Shown piece by piece: positions 27,448-38,214 of a DNA stretch of 52,966 bases. The DNA is taken from the IMG/VR virus record IMGVR_UViG_3300025012_001675, positions 1 through 52,966 of that record, one strand, 5' to 3'. The stretch is from a virus (Duplodnaviria; Caudoviricetes). The position numbers and the translations under genes are program-made. The notes beneath the pieces were generated by a model that was not told the DNA's origin, made no database searches, and was given only the letters and a program-made list of their open reading frames with translations. Each line of letters opens with the position of its first letter. The stretch's first letter is position 1.

Positions 27448-28895
27448 ACGATTGTTTGTGTTGACGACGTTGGCTCTTGCGCAGTTGCAACCGGGCCGAC
27501 TGCGGCAAAGTCGTCAAGAATTTTTTTCAAAATCTCCGTCATGTGCTCCGGATAATCCGGAACACCGTTGCCGCCCATGACATTTAAAATATGCTGTATG
27601 ACGGGAGTCAAAAAGGGTTCCGATATGGTGCACACCCTTTCGGCGTTTGGCCAATACGAATATTTCATCGGATCTTCTTTTTTCTGTCTGTCGGTAAATA
27701 CGTTCCAATCTGAAGGCAGGGTGACTCGCGTTGAAATAAAATCCTTGGGAATGGCTATAAAATTTTTAGTTTCGCCATTAATCGGGACAAAGGGAAGCAC
27801 GAAAGGCCCCTCCGATAATTCGCCGATCCTTCCCAGCAAACTCGAAACCTTCCCAGAAATTTTTTCCGGCCTTACACAGAGAGTCAACCAATCTTTGAGG
27901 TCGGAGTTGGTCTGACATAATTCATGCAACGCCACAGTGTTTATTATACCAAGATTTTTCTTCCAAAAATAGCCCAGGTCGCAATCTGCCGATAAAACGA
28001 GATGGAATTTATCGTCGACTTTTACTACATCGCCGCGTCTGACCAAATCATCGCCGGTTTCCCGATAAAAATACAATCGGCAGGACCAAACCTTAGCCGC
28101 GACACTCTCGTCCTGCGCGGGTGATCCCGTGGCGGGTTCGGGTATTTGATCCACCAAATCGTAAATATCTTTTCCGGCAATGGCCGTACGAAATCTTTCG
28201 GCAAGAAAATCAATAAAGTCTTTTTTTCCTCCGTCGCCGACAACCACGTGATTCTTTATGTCATTCAAAGAAGCCCTTCCCATGTCTGAAAGAATTTTAT
28301 CCATCGTTTGCACGGCTTTTTTTCTGAGAACGCTCGCAAATCTGAATGAAAAATTGTTGTTGTACATCTCCTCTGCTTTTTGCAGGAGAACATTGGTTTG
28401 ATCGACCCCCGCGACTGTTTTATCAAGATACGCCAAACGCTCTTTGTACTCTTGAAATTCAGGCTTGGCGAGAATCACATCGATCTCGGTTTTTTTGTCC
28501 GCTTTTGAAAATATAAAAACAAGCGAAAACGTGCGATCCAAAATTTCCTTCAGAATGCTTTCTGAGTCAGTTCCCGATCCGGCCGCCGCTCCGGGGTATT
28601 CCCAATCAAAAACCACCAGATCGGAACGAAAAAAACCATTGTCGATGGAATTGATGTAAAAAGAAGGGTTTGTAAAACCGTACACCTCCCATTTCGGACT
28701 GATGCCATCGGCGTCTTTTTGATCCAACAACGTCTGAGTCAGATTCTTTATAACTTCATCTGTCCACGTTTCTTGGGACAGCAAAAGCTGTAGGTTGGAT
28801 GCATTCAAAAGATCGGAATCCTTTATCCCTAAAGATTGGGCTTGTGATCCAGCTGCCGGAATATCATTATCGATGATACAAACGGAGTATCGCAT
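27444..28895 (-). CDS. Atypical response-receiver-domain protein (RM-associated)
   Basis: VCIIDND...DLVVFDW...VFIFS receiver-like N-terminus; GD...LSADCDL C-terminal motif; follows the kinase. Confidence 0.6.
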   Translation of the reverse strand: MRYSVCIIDNDIPAAGSQAQSLGIKDSDLLNASNLQLLLSQETWTDEVIKNLTQTLLDQKDADGISPKWEVYGFTNPSFYINSIDNGFFRSDLVVFDWEYPGAAAGSGTDSESILKEILDRTFSLVFIFSKADKKTEIDVILAKPEFQEYKERLAYLDKTVAGVDQTNVLLQKAEEMYNNNFSFRFASVLRKKAVQTMDKILSDMGRASLNDIKNHVVVGDGGKKDFIDFLAERFRTAIAGKDIYDLVDQIPEPATGSPAQDESVAAKVWSCRLYFYRETGDDLVRRGDVVKVDDKFHLVLSADCDLGYFWKKNLGIINTVALHELCQTNSDLKDWLTLCVRPEKISGKVSSLLGRIGELSEGPFVLPFVPINGETKNFIAIPKDFISTRVTLPSDWNVFTDRQKKEDPMKYSYWPNAERVCTISEPFLTPVIQHILNVMGGNGVPDYPEHMTEILKKILDDFAAVGPVATAQEPTSSTQTIV

Positions 28896-28899
28896 ATAT

Positions 28900-31620
28900 T
28901 TATTTCTTTTCGCCAATAGGTCGTTCGGACGCGACCTTGCCGAAGTCAAGCGTAAACTGAGCACCGCCAAAACCTGATACCTTCTCACGATCCGTGGTGA
29001 GATAAATATCACCCTTCATGCTCTGCATGTAGTGTCTGCAAATATAAAGACCGAGACCGCTCGGCGGAATTCTGAGACTGTAACCAGGTTGAAATAAATA
29101 AGGCATTATCACTTCATCAATACCTGGCCCCGAATCGGCGACGGTCACGGTTCTGTGTTTCGAGTCGATGTGAATGTTGATTTTACGATTTTTCTTCGAA
29201 GCCATTCCCAGCCAATATGAACTGTTATCGAAAAGATTTGAAAATATTTGGATCAGAGCTCCGTATCTGCCGTACACCGGAAAGCTTTCTTTGGCATTCA
29301 CTTCGACTTCAATGCCTATCTTTTCGAGACGCGAACGGAACACGTCGACCACATATCCGATCGGCTTTGTTATTTCAAATTCAGCCTGAGTTTCGTTTTT
29401 TATCGCGCGGAGCGGACTCAGTCTCTTTAGTTCCGATTGTAGAGAAGCCGAAGCTTCTTTAAGATTTTTCAATTTATCCACGTCCGGTTTTTCGGACTTC
29501 AGCATATGCGAAACACCCGCGTAAAAATTGGCGGCTATTTTGGCAATTTCATGCACGGAAACGGCGACTGCCATGCCGTATCCGGCCTGCTCGGTCAACA
29601 AATCCTGTGCTTCTTGAATCAAGTCGATGCTTTTCTGCAAATTTTTTAAAGAGTTTGAGAGATTGACCAACTTCTCTCCGCGTTCGCTTTTCTTACCCAT
29701 CGGGTCAAGAATTTTATACGGGTCTTCTTCGAAAGGATATTTTTCTTTTATTTGCCCAACCAGAGCCGACCCTTGTTTTGCATAGTCTTTTAAGACCTTG
29801 GGGTCTCGAATCACGTCTCCCACAAGGTCATTATACTCATCGCGCTTGCCGATAAATTTAGTTTCAATTACGGTGGCGACAACGGCATGCACAAGTTGGG
29901 TCAGGTCTTTGAAGGCCTTGTTCTCTATCAATCCCTCTCTGTTTGTTTTGTCTATCAAGTCGATATTTTTTGCCTGATCGACCTCAAGATTTCCGAGGAT
30001 GTTGTAATAAGAAATTCTGAACCCTTGTTTGATGTGTCGTTTGCTTAAATCCAGCCAATCGGTTTCAGCACCCCATTCCGCCGGAAAAATATTGATGCCA
30101 TCCCGAAATATGGAAATGCCTCCGAATTTTGTGAGGTAGTCTATAAACTCTTTGCCTTCCGGACCGGTGCTGCTGATCCACGGGTCTTTGCGATACCAGA
30201 CATCGACGTGCATATAAAAAGGTCCGCATTCCGGCTTTCGCAGGCCGTTTCCATCGGGCAATGACCAGTGATCGAGTTTGGCTTTGCGCAAATCAAAATT
30301 TTCCTCTTCGATTTTTTCTTCGGACATCGGCACTGTTTTGGGAGGTTGAAATTTCAGCGAATATTCCATGACGCCGTTTTCATCCACAAGACCGTCGAAA
30401 GAAAAAGTCGAAGTAAAAGCGTCCGCCGGGTTATCGGTCGATAACATGCCAACTTGAGGACATTCCAGATAAGCATTGAAGCCCTGTCCGGCTTTTGCGC
30501 TTTTCGGCGATGGATTGGGAGAATTGAGACTGATAATCGAGCGATGCAATTCTTCCACGGTTTCCCGGTCCCAAGAAAATCCGTTGCGACTGCCATAAAT
30601 CACCAGTCTGGTGCCGGACCCCTTTTTGCCATAATCTCGCGATGGGCTTTGACGTGTCAGGCTGACGCCGACCGTCTCCAAATCTTTTGATCCTTCTTCT
30701 CCCGCTTCGAATTTATCCCAATCCACCTCAAGGAGATACTCGTAGTTCAGATCGCTGACTTTTGTTTTAAGCAACAGTTGGCGTCCGAGCCGATGAGATG
30801 CGAATCTTCCGACACCTTTTTCTCCCAACGGAATACGACCGCCGCGTTCCTTTTTTATTTCCGAAATCAGCTTATCGTACGAACCCAGTTTGCCGGCGGC
30901 TGCGGCCTTTTCTCTTTCCTGTCTTATATTTTCTTTAACCGCAGTTTTGATTGTGGAAGCCGGACGAAGCCAACCGTTTTCAATCACTTCACGCGTCATC
31001 CCTGAGCCATCATCTTCGATTATTATTACGGGTCCGGGCAATTCCGGAAAAAGATTGTCGGACTTGTCCACTTCTGACAAAGATGGAATGTTCTCAATTC
31101 GCACACGGCAATACGATGCGCCTGCGTCATAGGCATTTTTTATAAGTTCCAGGATGCCAACCTTTTCGGATGCGATAAGCTGCTCTCCCAGGACTTTGAT
31201 CAAGTGCGCATCCGCTCTGAAATTGAGTCTGATTTTTCCGTCAAGACATATCTCGTCGAGAAGCAGAGATGGAATTTTTCGTACTGCGTTTTGAGGATTA
31301 TAATGGGGGGATTCCGCCTCCCGTATTTTGCCTGCGCCGTCCTTGAACGAAACTGGTTCGACAAACGGTTTGTAGTCGATAACCTCGACAAAATAATGGC
31401 CACCATCTTTTTTGTCTTTTGTGGGTTGAGCCTTTATTTTTCCGTAACCGAAATAAACACCTTCGCCGCCGCTTTTGATCGGATCGTAATAAATGAATTC
31501 AATTGGTTCGTTTTTAAACTGGCCGATGTATTTATCTGGAAAATGATAAAACCGCCCGACAAAGTCGTTGTATTCGCTGTTTTCTCTGGATTGTGTAAGC
31601 ACCAGGCAGTTTCTTGACAT
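28900..31620 (-). CDS. GHKL/MORC-type ATPase fused to histidine kinase, with N-terminal EVE/PUA-like domain
   Basis: ELIKNAYDA, EDDGSGM, GEKGVGRF; later HEI, NLFDNS, DSGPGI, GLGLY. Confidence 0.8.
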   Translation of the reverse strand: MSRNCLVLTQSRENSEYNDFVGRFYHFPDKYIGQFKNEPIEFIYYDPIKSGGEGVYFGYGKIKAQPTKDKKDGGHYFVEVIDYKPFVEPVSFKDGAGKIREAESPHYNPQNAVRKIPSLLLDEICLDGKIRLNFRADAHLIKVLGEQLIASEKVGILELIKNAYDAGASYCRVRIENIPSLSEVDKSDNLFPELPGPVIIIEDDGSGMTREVIENGWLRPASTIKTAVKENIRQEREKAAAAGKLGSYDKLISEIKKERGGRIPLGEKGVGRFASHRLGRQLLLKTKVSDLNYEYLLEVDWDKFEAGEEGSKDLETVGVSLTRQSPSRDYGKKGSGTRLVIYGSRNGFSWDRETVEELHRSIISLNSPNPSPKSAKAGQGFNAYLECPQVGMLSTDNPADAFTSTFSFDGLVDENGVMEYSLKFQPPKTVPMSEEKIEEENFDLRKAKLDHWSLPDGNGLRKPECGPFYMHVDVWYRKDPWISSTGPEGKEFIDYLTKFGGISIFRDGINIFPAEWGAETDWLDLSKRHIKQGFRISYYNILGNLEVDQAKNIDLIDKTNREGLIENKAFKDLTQLVHAVVATVIETKFIGKRDEYNDLVGDVIRDPKVLKDYAKQGSALVGQIKEKYPFEEDPYKILDPMGKKSERGEKLVNLSNSLKNLQKSIDLIQEAQDLLTEQAGYGMAVAVSVHEIAKIAANFYAGVSHMLKSEKPDVDKLKNLKEASASLQSELKRLSPLRAIKNETQAEFEITKPIGYVVDVFRSRLEKIGIEVEVNAKESFPVYGRYGALIQIFSNLFDNSSYWLGMASKKNRKINIHIDSKHRTVTVADSGPGIDEVIMPYLFQPGYSLRIPPSGLGLYICRHYMQSMKGDIYLTTDREKVSGFGGAQFTLDFGKVASERPIGEKK

Positions 31621-31625
31621 AATTT

Positions 31626-32030
31626 TTACTTGTTAAGCAAAGCCATTATTTTGTTTATCGGCTCATCGCCTTTGTTTTTTAAAGCATGCTCCCAAAACCT
31701 TATCGCCTTCCAACCCATTTTTTTATATTCAAGATTCGTTTTTTTGTCCCTCTCTTTGTTGGCCAATATTTTTTTCATCCAGAACTTCTTGTTTGATGTC
31801 GGCATGGTTCCATGCCATCGACATCCGTGCCAAAAGCACGAATCAACAAATACAACCACTTTTTTATCGACAAAGGCTATGTCGGGCTTGCCGGGTAAAT
31901 AGGACACGTGTTTTTTGTAACGAAGCTTCGCTTTGCCGAGGTCGCGCATCAAAGACTTTTCTATTTTTGAATCCTTGCTTTTGATGCGAGACATTATTTC
32001 GCTTCGTTTTTGTTTGGTTACCGTATCCAT
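31626..32030 (-). CDS. vsr: Very short patch repair endonuclease
   Basis: MD...RSEIMSRIKSKD, LPGKPD, FVDSCFWHGC, FWEH. Confidence 0.92.
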   Translation of the reverse strand: MDTVTKQKRSEIMSRIKSKDSKIEKSLMRDLGKAKLRYKKHVSYLPGKPDIAFVDKKVVVFVDSCFWHGCRWHGTMPTSNKKFWMKKILANKERDKKTNLEYKKMGWKAIRFWEHALKNKGDEPINKIMALLNK

Positions 32031-32035
32031 ACTTT

Positions 32036-33103
32036 TTACATTTGAATTTGCCAATCGGAAGGCAAGACGATCTTGTCGTAACCCCTGCTCTCCACGAACG
32101 GTTTAATGCCCTTGCTTGAGGGAAATTCGCAATCAAATTCTCTTTGAACGTCCTTCAACAAATTTTTTCCGAGATTGTCTCGATATTTTTTGCTCAAGCA
32201 AAGTTTGTACCAGTCGTCCAAATCGTTGATTGTAATGATTCCCTGTATCTTGTCGCCCCAGCCAACCTGCAACAAGAGAGACTCGATTGATTCTCTTTCA
32301 GTGTCAAGACACACGATAACGATGCGATCGGCCGTCACGCTGTCGACTATGTCTTCCATGAGCTCCGGGGTCAAGGTGAGGTGTTTGACCTGTATTGCCG
32401 GTCCAAAATTCGCCCAGATATCCAAGCCTCGATCGGCCGCGTTGGTCACACCGACGCGATACAATGCGGCCGGCAAGATAAGCCTTGTTTGTTTCGAGTC
32501 GATGCCAAGAACCATCTTGATGAATCTCTCAAAGTCTTTGAGGATTTCCGCGTCCTTGTTCCCGATTTCCAATGTGACCTCGGCTTTTAGAGCTCGAACG
32601 ATGGTTGCGAAAAGAGCGTAGACCAAAATCTCGTACATTTTGTCGATGCTTCTCCTGAGACCCGGGGTTGTTTGAAAAAACGAAACTAGTTCTTTCAAAG
32701 AAAAGGCGTCGGATGTGGAAGACTTGATGTAAGTGTCGATCTCTCGAACGGACGACAAACGCGCTTCCAATGCTTTGTAGATATACGCTTCCACAAATCC
32801 CTTGCCCTTGCTGTTGATTTTTCCCAGTTCCACAAGCAATGTCGGCGGCATGGCGTTGGCTTCAAAAATGTTGTCTTGGAATTTTTGGCTTGAAGTGCTG
32901 TGTCGTCCGACCAAAAGATTGGACACCTCATCCCTCCATCTTTTCGATATGTTGCGATACGATTGGAGTTCGCTCAGATCCAAGTCTTTATCGATTCTGT
33001 GATGATAAAGAATTTCCGCGATCTGAATCGGTTTGTACAGGTGGACGCGGGACTTGCGTATCACCGTATCGAGAGCTTGTTTTGGCAGGTTATTTGTTGG
33101 CAT
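32036..33103 (-). CDS. Type II restriction endonuclease, HaeII family
   Basis: LDTVIRKSRVHLYKPIQIAEIL, TNAADRGLD, AIQVKHL recalled as HaeII-like; paired with a C5 MTase. Confidence 0.75.
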   Translation of the reverse strand: MPTNNLPKQALDTVIRKSRVHLYKPIQIAEILYHHRIDKDLDLSELQSYRNISKRWRDEVSNLLVGRHSTSSQKFQDNIFEANAMPPTLLVELGKINSKGKGFVEAYIYKALEARLSSVREIDTYIKSSTSDAFSLKELVSFFQTTPGLRRSIDKMYEILVYALFATIVRALKAEVTLEIGNKDAEILKDFERFIKMVLGIDSKQTRLILPAALYRVGVTNAADRGLDIWANFGPAIQVKHLTLTPELMEDIVDSVTADRIVIVCLDTERESIESLLLQVGWGDKIQGIITINDLDDWYKLCLSKKYRDNLGKNLLKDVQREFDCEFPSSKGIKPFVESRGYDKIVLPSDWQIQM

Positions 33104-34106
33104 AAATTTTTTGTACTTTTTCTTTATTGAATAAATCGACTTGGGACGGTCCGCTTCGAGGATTCTGACTCATCGCTTTGACCATCGCTTGCGCCACGGC
33201 TTGGATTTGCGGAACCACCACGCTATTCCCGGCTTGTTTTCTGGCTTGATTATCACGCACTACAATTTTATATGTGTCCGGAAATCCTTGCAGGCGAAAC
33301 ATTTCCCGGGGGGTAAGTCGCCGCTCCCCGTTAACCGTCAAATAATTATAGGAACCATTGGCTCTTAGGGCGCAAGAGTGGGGGTGAATTCCAAGATTGC
33401 TTCCCTTGTTTTCGTGCAAGACCGCAGGCCGATAAGTCAAAGTTTTGTTTTGCTCTTTAAGTCTCCGTTGTATTTTGTCTCGCATGTGCTGACTGAGAAA
33501 ATGTTTCCGATCTATCCGGTCATCCGACTCCAAAACATCAGCCAAGGTTTTTGCTTCGGTTCCCTTGATCGGGAACTCAAAAGGATAGTTCTCCTTGAAC
33601 CCAACGATCATTATTCGTTCTCTCTTTTGCGGCACTCCGAAATCAAGACCGTTAAGAACTTTATAATGCACATAGTACCCTAAGCCTTCTAAAATATCTA
33701 AAATGACTTTGAATGTTCTTCCACCATCATGGGATGTGAGCTGTTTTACGTTTTCGAGCAGGAACGCTTTTGGTTGTTTCGCTTTGAGTATCCGCTCGAC
33801 GTCGAAAAATAGAGTGCCGCGCGTGTCTCCAAATCCTTTGCCGTGGCCAATAATACTGAAAGCCTGACACGGAAAACCGCCCGTCAAAATATCATGATCT
33901 GGAATTTCATCGGTATGAATTTTTGTTATATCGCCTTGTGGCTTTTCACCGAAGTTCGCCTCGTAGCTTACCTGACAAGGCTCATCGAATTCAGAGGTAA
34001 AAACGCATTTGCCGCCGTTGCGTTCAAATGCAATTCTAATGCCACCGATTCCGGCGAATAAATCGATGAAAGTGAATTTTTTTACCTTTTGAATCTTTTT
34101 AGCCAT
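33090..34106 (-). CDS. dcm: C5 cytosine DNA methyltransferase (cognate of the REase)
   Basis: DLFAGIGG, GFPCQAFS, ENV, PQKRER and QAGNSV motifs. Confidence 0.93.
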   Translation of the reverse strand: MAKKIQKVKKFTFIDLFAGIGGIRIAFERNGGKCVFTSEFDEPCQVSYEANFGEKPQGDITKIHTDEIPDHDILTGGFPCQAFSIIGHGKGFGDTRGTLFFDVERILKAKQPKAFLLENVKQLTSHDGGRTFKVILDILEGLGYYVHYKVLNGLDFGVPQKRERIMIVGFKENYPFEFPIKGTEAKTLADVLESDDRIDRKHFLSQHMRDKIQRRLKEQNKTLTYRPAVLHENKGSNLGIHPHSCALRANGSYNYLTVNGERRLTPREMFRLQGFPDTYKIVVRDNQARKQAGNSVVVPQIQAVAQAMVKAMSQNPRSGPSQVDLFNKEKVQKIYANK

Positions 34107-34120
34107 GTTCTTGGATGGTT

Positions 34121-35191
34121 TTAATTTGACAATTTAATGTAGCGAGTCCCGCGGCCGCGGCCGACTCGTTTAATCTTGCCCAGCTCGACCAAACTCCTAA
34201 GTGCTTGGCGAACGGTGCCGAGCGCGATGCCGGTTTCTTTTACAATATCGCCGGGACCCGACTCTCCAACATTTGAAATATATTTCCACACTTCATACTG
34301 CTTAGGTGAGAGAGTATCCTCAATCTTTTCTTCTTGTAAATACGATAGTGCTTTCGTTGCTTGCTCTCGCACGACAGACAAAAAGAAATTTAGCCACGGC
34401 GAGATAGTGTCGTGATCGGTTTTGAACGTCTCCTGGGATTTGCGGAGCGCAATATAATATTCATCTTTGCGGCGTTCAACGATTTGTTCATGCGAGACAT
34501 ACTGCACAAAGGTATAGCCGGAGCGTAGAAGTAAAAGATTTGTGAGGACGCGCGAAAGACGTCCATTGCCATCTTCAAATGGGTGAATTTTCAAAAATTC
34601 GACAATAAAATTGGCGATGATTAAAAGTTGGTGGAAACGATTCTTTTCCATCGCATCTTCCGTCCACTCGACAAGCTCTTGCATTTCTTTTGCAGTGAGG
34701 AATGCCGGTGTCGTCTCAAACATAATCTTTGCGACTTTTCCATCTGGCCCAAGTACCCCGACTGTGTTTTCTGTTTTTTTGTAACCGCCGCGATGCGTGT
34801 CATCCTTATGAGAATATTTCAGAAGCTGATTATGAAGAGAAGTGATCACACCCTCTCGAAGTGGCAGGGTCTGAAAGCTATCGAAAACATTTTGAAGTGT
34901 CTCTAGGTACCCTTGCACTTCCTGCGAATCACGATCGGCAAACTTTGAGACCGCGAGGCCACGCATAACGTCCTCGACTTTTTCATCGGTTAGTTTTGCC
35001 CCTTCTATACGAGTGGATGCGCCGGCAGAAGTGATCAGCGTTGATCTTTTGAGATTAGTAATTGCCTGAGGCGTCATTCTTAAGCCTCCTTTGAACTCGC
35101 CACGAATACCATCAATCTCAGCCAAAAGAGCCACGATATGCGGTTCTGGATTTTTAATACGATGATCAAATTTTCGTGTAATGTCGTTCAT
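34121..35191 (-). CDS. Fic family protein with C-terminal winged HTH
   Basis: HPFEDGNGRLSR Fic motif; STRIEG inhibitory-type motif. Confidence 0.9.
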   Translation of the reverse strand: MNDITRKFDHRIKNPEPHIVALLAEIDGIRGEFKGGLRMTPQAITNLKRSTLITSAGASTRIEGAKLTDEKVEDVMRGLAVSKFADRDSQEVQGYLETLQNVFDSFQTLPLREGVITSLHNQLLKYSHKDDTHRGGYKKTENTVGVLGPDGKVAKIMFETTPAFLTAKEMQELVEWTEDAMEKNRFHQLLIIANFIVEFLKIHPFEDGNGRLSRVLTNLLLLRSGYTFVQYVSHEQIVERRKDEYYIALRKSQETFKTDHDTISPWLNFFLSVVREQATKALSYLQEEKIEDTLSPKQYEVWKYISNVGESGPGDIVKETGIALGTVRQALRSLVELGKIKRVGRGRGTRYIKLSN

Positions 35192-35222
35192 AAAATAGCT
35201 TAACTTTTAACGTTATAGTCTA

Positions 35223-35250
35223 TATGACGGATTATAACGGATTATGACGG
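35223..35250. promoter_or_regulatory. Three tandem 10-bp repeats upstream of fic (candidate operator)
   Basis: TATGACGGAT TATAACGGAT TATGACGG. Confidence 0.5.
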
Positions 35251-35388
35251 CAAGTGCAAGTTTCCCCCCTGTGGAGATCCTCTCCTCCCCCAATACTCGC
35301 AGAAGCATCAAAAGCTCGTCACAGGGCCAAATAATGGCAAACACGGGCTAATAAAAAGGACTTTAGAGCCCTTTTTAGGTCATTGCGG

Positions 35389-36756
35389 CTATCCTTGGAT
35401 ATCGGCGTATTCCTTGAGTAGAGCATCGGAATCGACACCCTCTCTTTCTGCTTGCCGGGCTATGTTCTCGGTCGTCGTAATAATGTTCTCAAGGGGGGCT
35501 GGGTTCTCAATTATCGAGATCGCATGAAGTGCCTTCCTTGATGTTTCTGTTTGGGATAGCACTGTTTTGACGTATTGGGGCATGGTGACGAACCAGAATG
35601 TTTTTCTGATTTCCGGGAGATCCGCACTCAGATCAATCGTTGGTTTTTCCCATCCGCTCTTTTTGAGGTCGTTGAGAAGAAGTGTGACCACGGTACTCAA
35701 GTGACCGCGCTGCAGATCTTCTCCCCAGTCGTGAGCGTCATCATTCAATTGCATTGCGACCAGATAGTGTTTGAAGTATGAGATGATATTTCCCCAGTCT
35801 TCAGTTTTTAATTCTTTGCCGAATTGGGTGAGTATAGCCACCGAAGAAAGGATGTGTCCGGAAGCAGGACGATATTTATTTTCGTAGTCTCCAAAGTCGG
35901 GTAGGGTTGTTGGAATATGGAAAATGTTTCCATCAACTTTGGCACGACAGTTTTCAACTTCCCAGGCATTTGAACCATCCAGCTTATCCATCAGGTCATG
36001 GAAGAACGGACGGAATTCTTTGTCATCAGGTAGGGCAATAAAAAAGTCTATGTAGTGACGAGCAAAAATGTTGGCGATGGGAAGCAAGCGCGGATCGGCC
36101 GCTTCGTCTCGATCCCAAAAGTCGTCATAGATTATAAATGCCGTCCAGAAGAAAATGTTGGCAAGCCCAATGTCGGCGACCAATTCATCGGGAATACTCT
36201 CCCCGCTCTTTCCGAGGGATATCTTTGTGTAATAAGCCATGAGTGACATTTGCTTGTCTCGGTTGCCGCGGATGGTCTTTTCGATCGCTGACTTCGCTCG
36301 TTCCCGTAGTGTCGGAGAAAAAGCTTGGAATCGTTCGTCAAACTTTTTTCGTATCATATTCATGATACGCTGCTCATTCTCGTCATAAGCAATCGGCTGT
36401 TTAATCGGCTCTTCCTTGTCGACACTGCCGACAAGCGTTTGGTATTTATCAATGAGACTGCGAACTGTTTTGTCGTCGACGACACTGCCAAACGGTTCTG
36501 CGATATTTGAGAGACGCTTTTCCAGAAAATCATCAAGCTTAGGTAGGCGAATATCCTGCAGCACAAGAAAACAAGCAATCGCCAAGTTAAGACCGACATC
36601 GGTTGCCCCCTGTTTTGGTTCCAAGGAGTAGGGACCCCCTTCGTCGACCTCCATCTCGGTGAGACGTTTTACAATCTGCGCGAGCTTTATGCCTCCGATA
36701 CTCTCGCCGGATTTTAAGCTTAAAATTAAATTGTCGATAAATTGATTATGCTGCAT
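35389..36756 (-). CDS. Class 1 isoprenoid-synthase-fold protein (ComQ-like peptide prenyltransferase candidate)
   Basis: First Asp-rich motif YDDFWD and second QLNDDAHDWGEDL; start MQHNQ overlaps the kinase end. Confidence 0.65.
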   Translation of the reverse strand: MQHNQFIDNLILSLKSGESIGGIKLAQIVKRLTEMEVDEGGPYSLEPKQGATDVGLNLAIACFLVLQDIRLPKLDDFLEKRLSNIAEPFGSVVDDKTVRSLIDKYQTLVGSVDKEEPIKQPIAYDENEQRIMNMIRKKFDERFQAFSPTLRERAKSAIEKTIRGNRDKQMSLMAYYTKISLGKSGESIPDELVADIGLANIFFWTAFIIYDDFWDRDEAADPRLLPIANIFARHYIDFFIALPDDKEFRPFFHDLMDKLDGSNAWEVENCRAKVDGNIFHIPTTLPDFGDYENKYRPASGHILSSVAILTQFGKELKTEDWGNIISYFKHYLVAMQLNDDAHDWGEDLQRGHLSTVVTLLLNDLKKSGWEKPTIDLSADLPEIRKTFWFVTMPQYVKTVLSQTETSRKALHAISIIENPAPLENIITTTENIARQAEREGVDSDALLKEYADIQG

Positions 36757-38161
36757 ATTCGGTAACTTGTTTACGCATGGGCAGAGATACTTTAAAGGAT
36801 GATCCTCTACCGGCTTCGCTCTTGGCAATAATTGCACCTCCGAAGTCTTTTTCCACGATTCGCTTAGCCATTGAAAGACCGATGCCAATTCCTTGCCCGT
36901 TTATTTTCGTAGTAAAAAATGGTTCGAATATTTTACTCATGTGGTGTTCGGGTATTCCAACACCGTTATCCTCCACGATCATGATTATAATCTCCGGTTC
37001 TTCCACCAGAGATATCTGCACCCATCGATCGGCCAAGCTTACTGGCACCAGTTCCGCTGTGGGTGGCATGCACGCATCAATGCCGTTGGCAACGAGATTC
37101 AGCACGATCTGATTAAATTTTATCGCATCGCCAAACATTCGGATATCACTTCTCGGCGCGAAGCGCAATTCGACATTGGCTTTTTGTGCCTTGTGAGCAA
37201 GCACCTCAATGACATGTTGGATTTCCTGCTCAAGTAAAAATAGGGCTTTTGTTTCTTCACGCGCCAATTGCTTGCGTACCGCAGCAACCAAGTCTTCTAA
37301 TTTCTTCGCGGCTCGTACCGCATTGCCTACACACTGCTTAGTTTCCTCGGCTGTGCCATCCGTCTTTCCCAAATTGAGCGATACCGCATTTAAAGGATTT
37401 ATCAGATCGTGAAATAAGCCTGAAGAAATTCGGCCAAACTCAGCAAATCTATATAACTGTGTCATCTTTTCTGCTTGAGTCTCCTTCAGCTCTTTAGTGC
37501 GTTGATCGACTTTAATTTCTAAAGAGTCACGCTCCTCTTTCAATTCCGCCTCTGATTTTCGTAGTTTAAAAATTGATTTTTCTATCTCCCGATTAGAAAG
37601 CCATGTGATTGTTGCTATAACAAAGAAAATAATTATAGCAGCGGATGTTTCTGCTATGCCCCATGTTTCTAAGGTCCAATATCTTTCTGCTGTAATCCTA
37701 CTAGTTGCTTGCAGGTACGCGGTAATTACCAGCATACTTCCAACCGCAAGAGAATTAATAAAAATATATCTTTTATTCAGAAGTATTCCTGTCAGGACTA
37801 TGGTTAAAGCATAAAAGAGAAGAGAAGCGACTAGGTCAACGCCCCACGTATAACTCATAAACGCTGCTAGGGTGAAGAATATCGCTATTAATAGGTAGGA
37901 CGATAAATTAAAGTAGCCTCTACGCGAGAGATAAAAGAACGATAAAAAAGCAAATAAAATAACCAGGGTTATTAGCGGAGATAACCCTCTGTATGATGAT
38001 CCAAGCAGTATTGATTCCGCAAGGGTAGCTACATTTGCGAATATTAAAAGAACGATCAGCGCTGAAAGAATTATATTGAAAATAAACTCGCGCCGTCGCA
38101 GATCGTCCGTTTTGGATCGTGGTTCGATTAAACGGTATAAAAAAGAAGTAATCCTTTTCAT
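36746..38161 (-). CDS. Multi-TM sensor histidine kinase
   Basis: About 6 hydrophobic helices; H box FHDLINPL, N box NLVANGIDA, DNGVG, FEPFFTTK, GIGL. Confidence 0.92.
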   Translation of the reverse strand: MKRITSFLYRLIEPRSKTDDLRRREFIFNIILSALIVLLIFANVATLAESILLGSSYRGLSPLITLVILFAFLSFFYLSRRGYFNLSSYLLIAIFFTLAAFMSYTWGVDLVASLLFYALTIVLTGILLNKRYIFINSLAVGSMLVITAYLQATSRITAERYWTLETWGIAETSAAIIIFFVIATITWLSNREIEKSIFKLRKSEAELKEERDSLEIKVDQRTKELKETQAEKMTQLYRFAEFGRISSGLFHDLINPLNAVSLNLGKTDGTAEETKQCVGNAVRAAKKLEDLVAAVRKQLAREETKALFLLEQEIQHVIEVLAHKAQKANVELRFAPRSDIRMFGDAIKFNQIVLNLVANGIDACMPPTAELVPVSLADRWVQISLVEEPEIIIMIVEDNGVGIPEHHMSKIFEPFFTTKINGQGIGIGLSMAKRIVEKDFGGAIIAKSEAGRGSSFKVSLPMRKQVTEYAA

Positions 38162-38214
38162 GGGACTTCCACTGTTAAACAAAAGCGCAGGGGTACCGAA
38201 TCGATTTGGCAGAA

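Noticed and set aside
32036-33103. Avoidance of HaeII sites (RGCGCY) in the prophage
   Set aside because: Sites are present (e.g. near 4685 and 6872); depletion cannot be claimed without counting, and the specificity is unverified.
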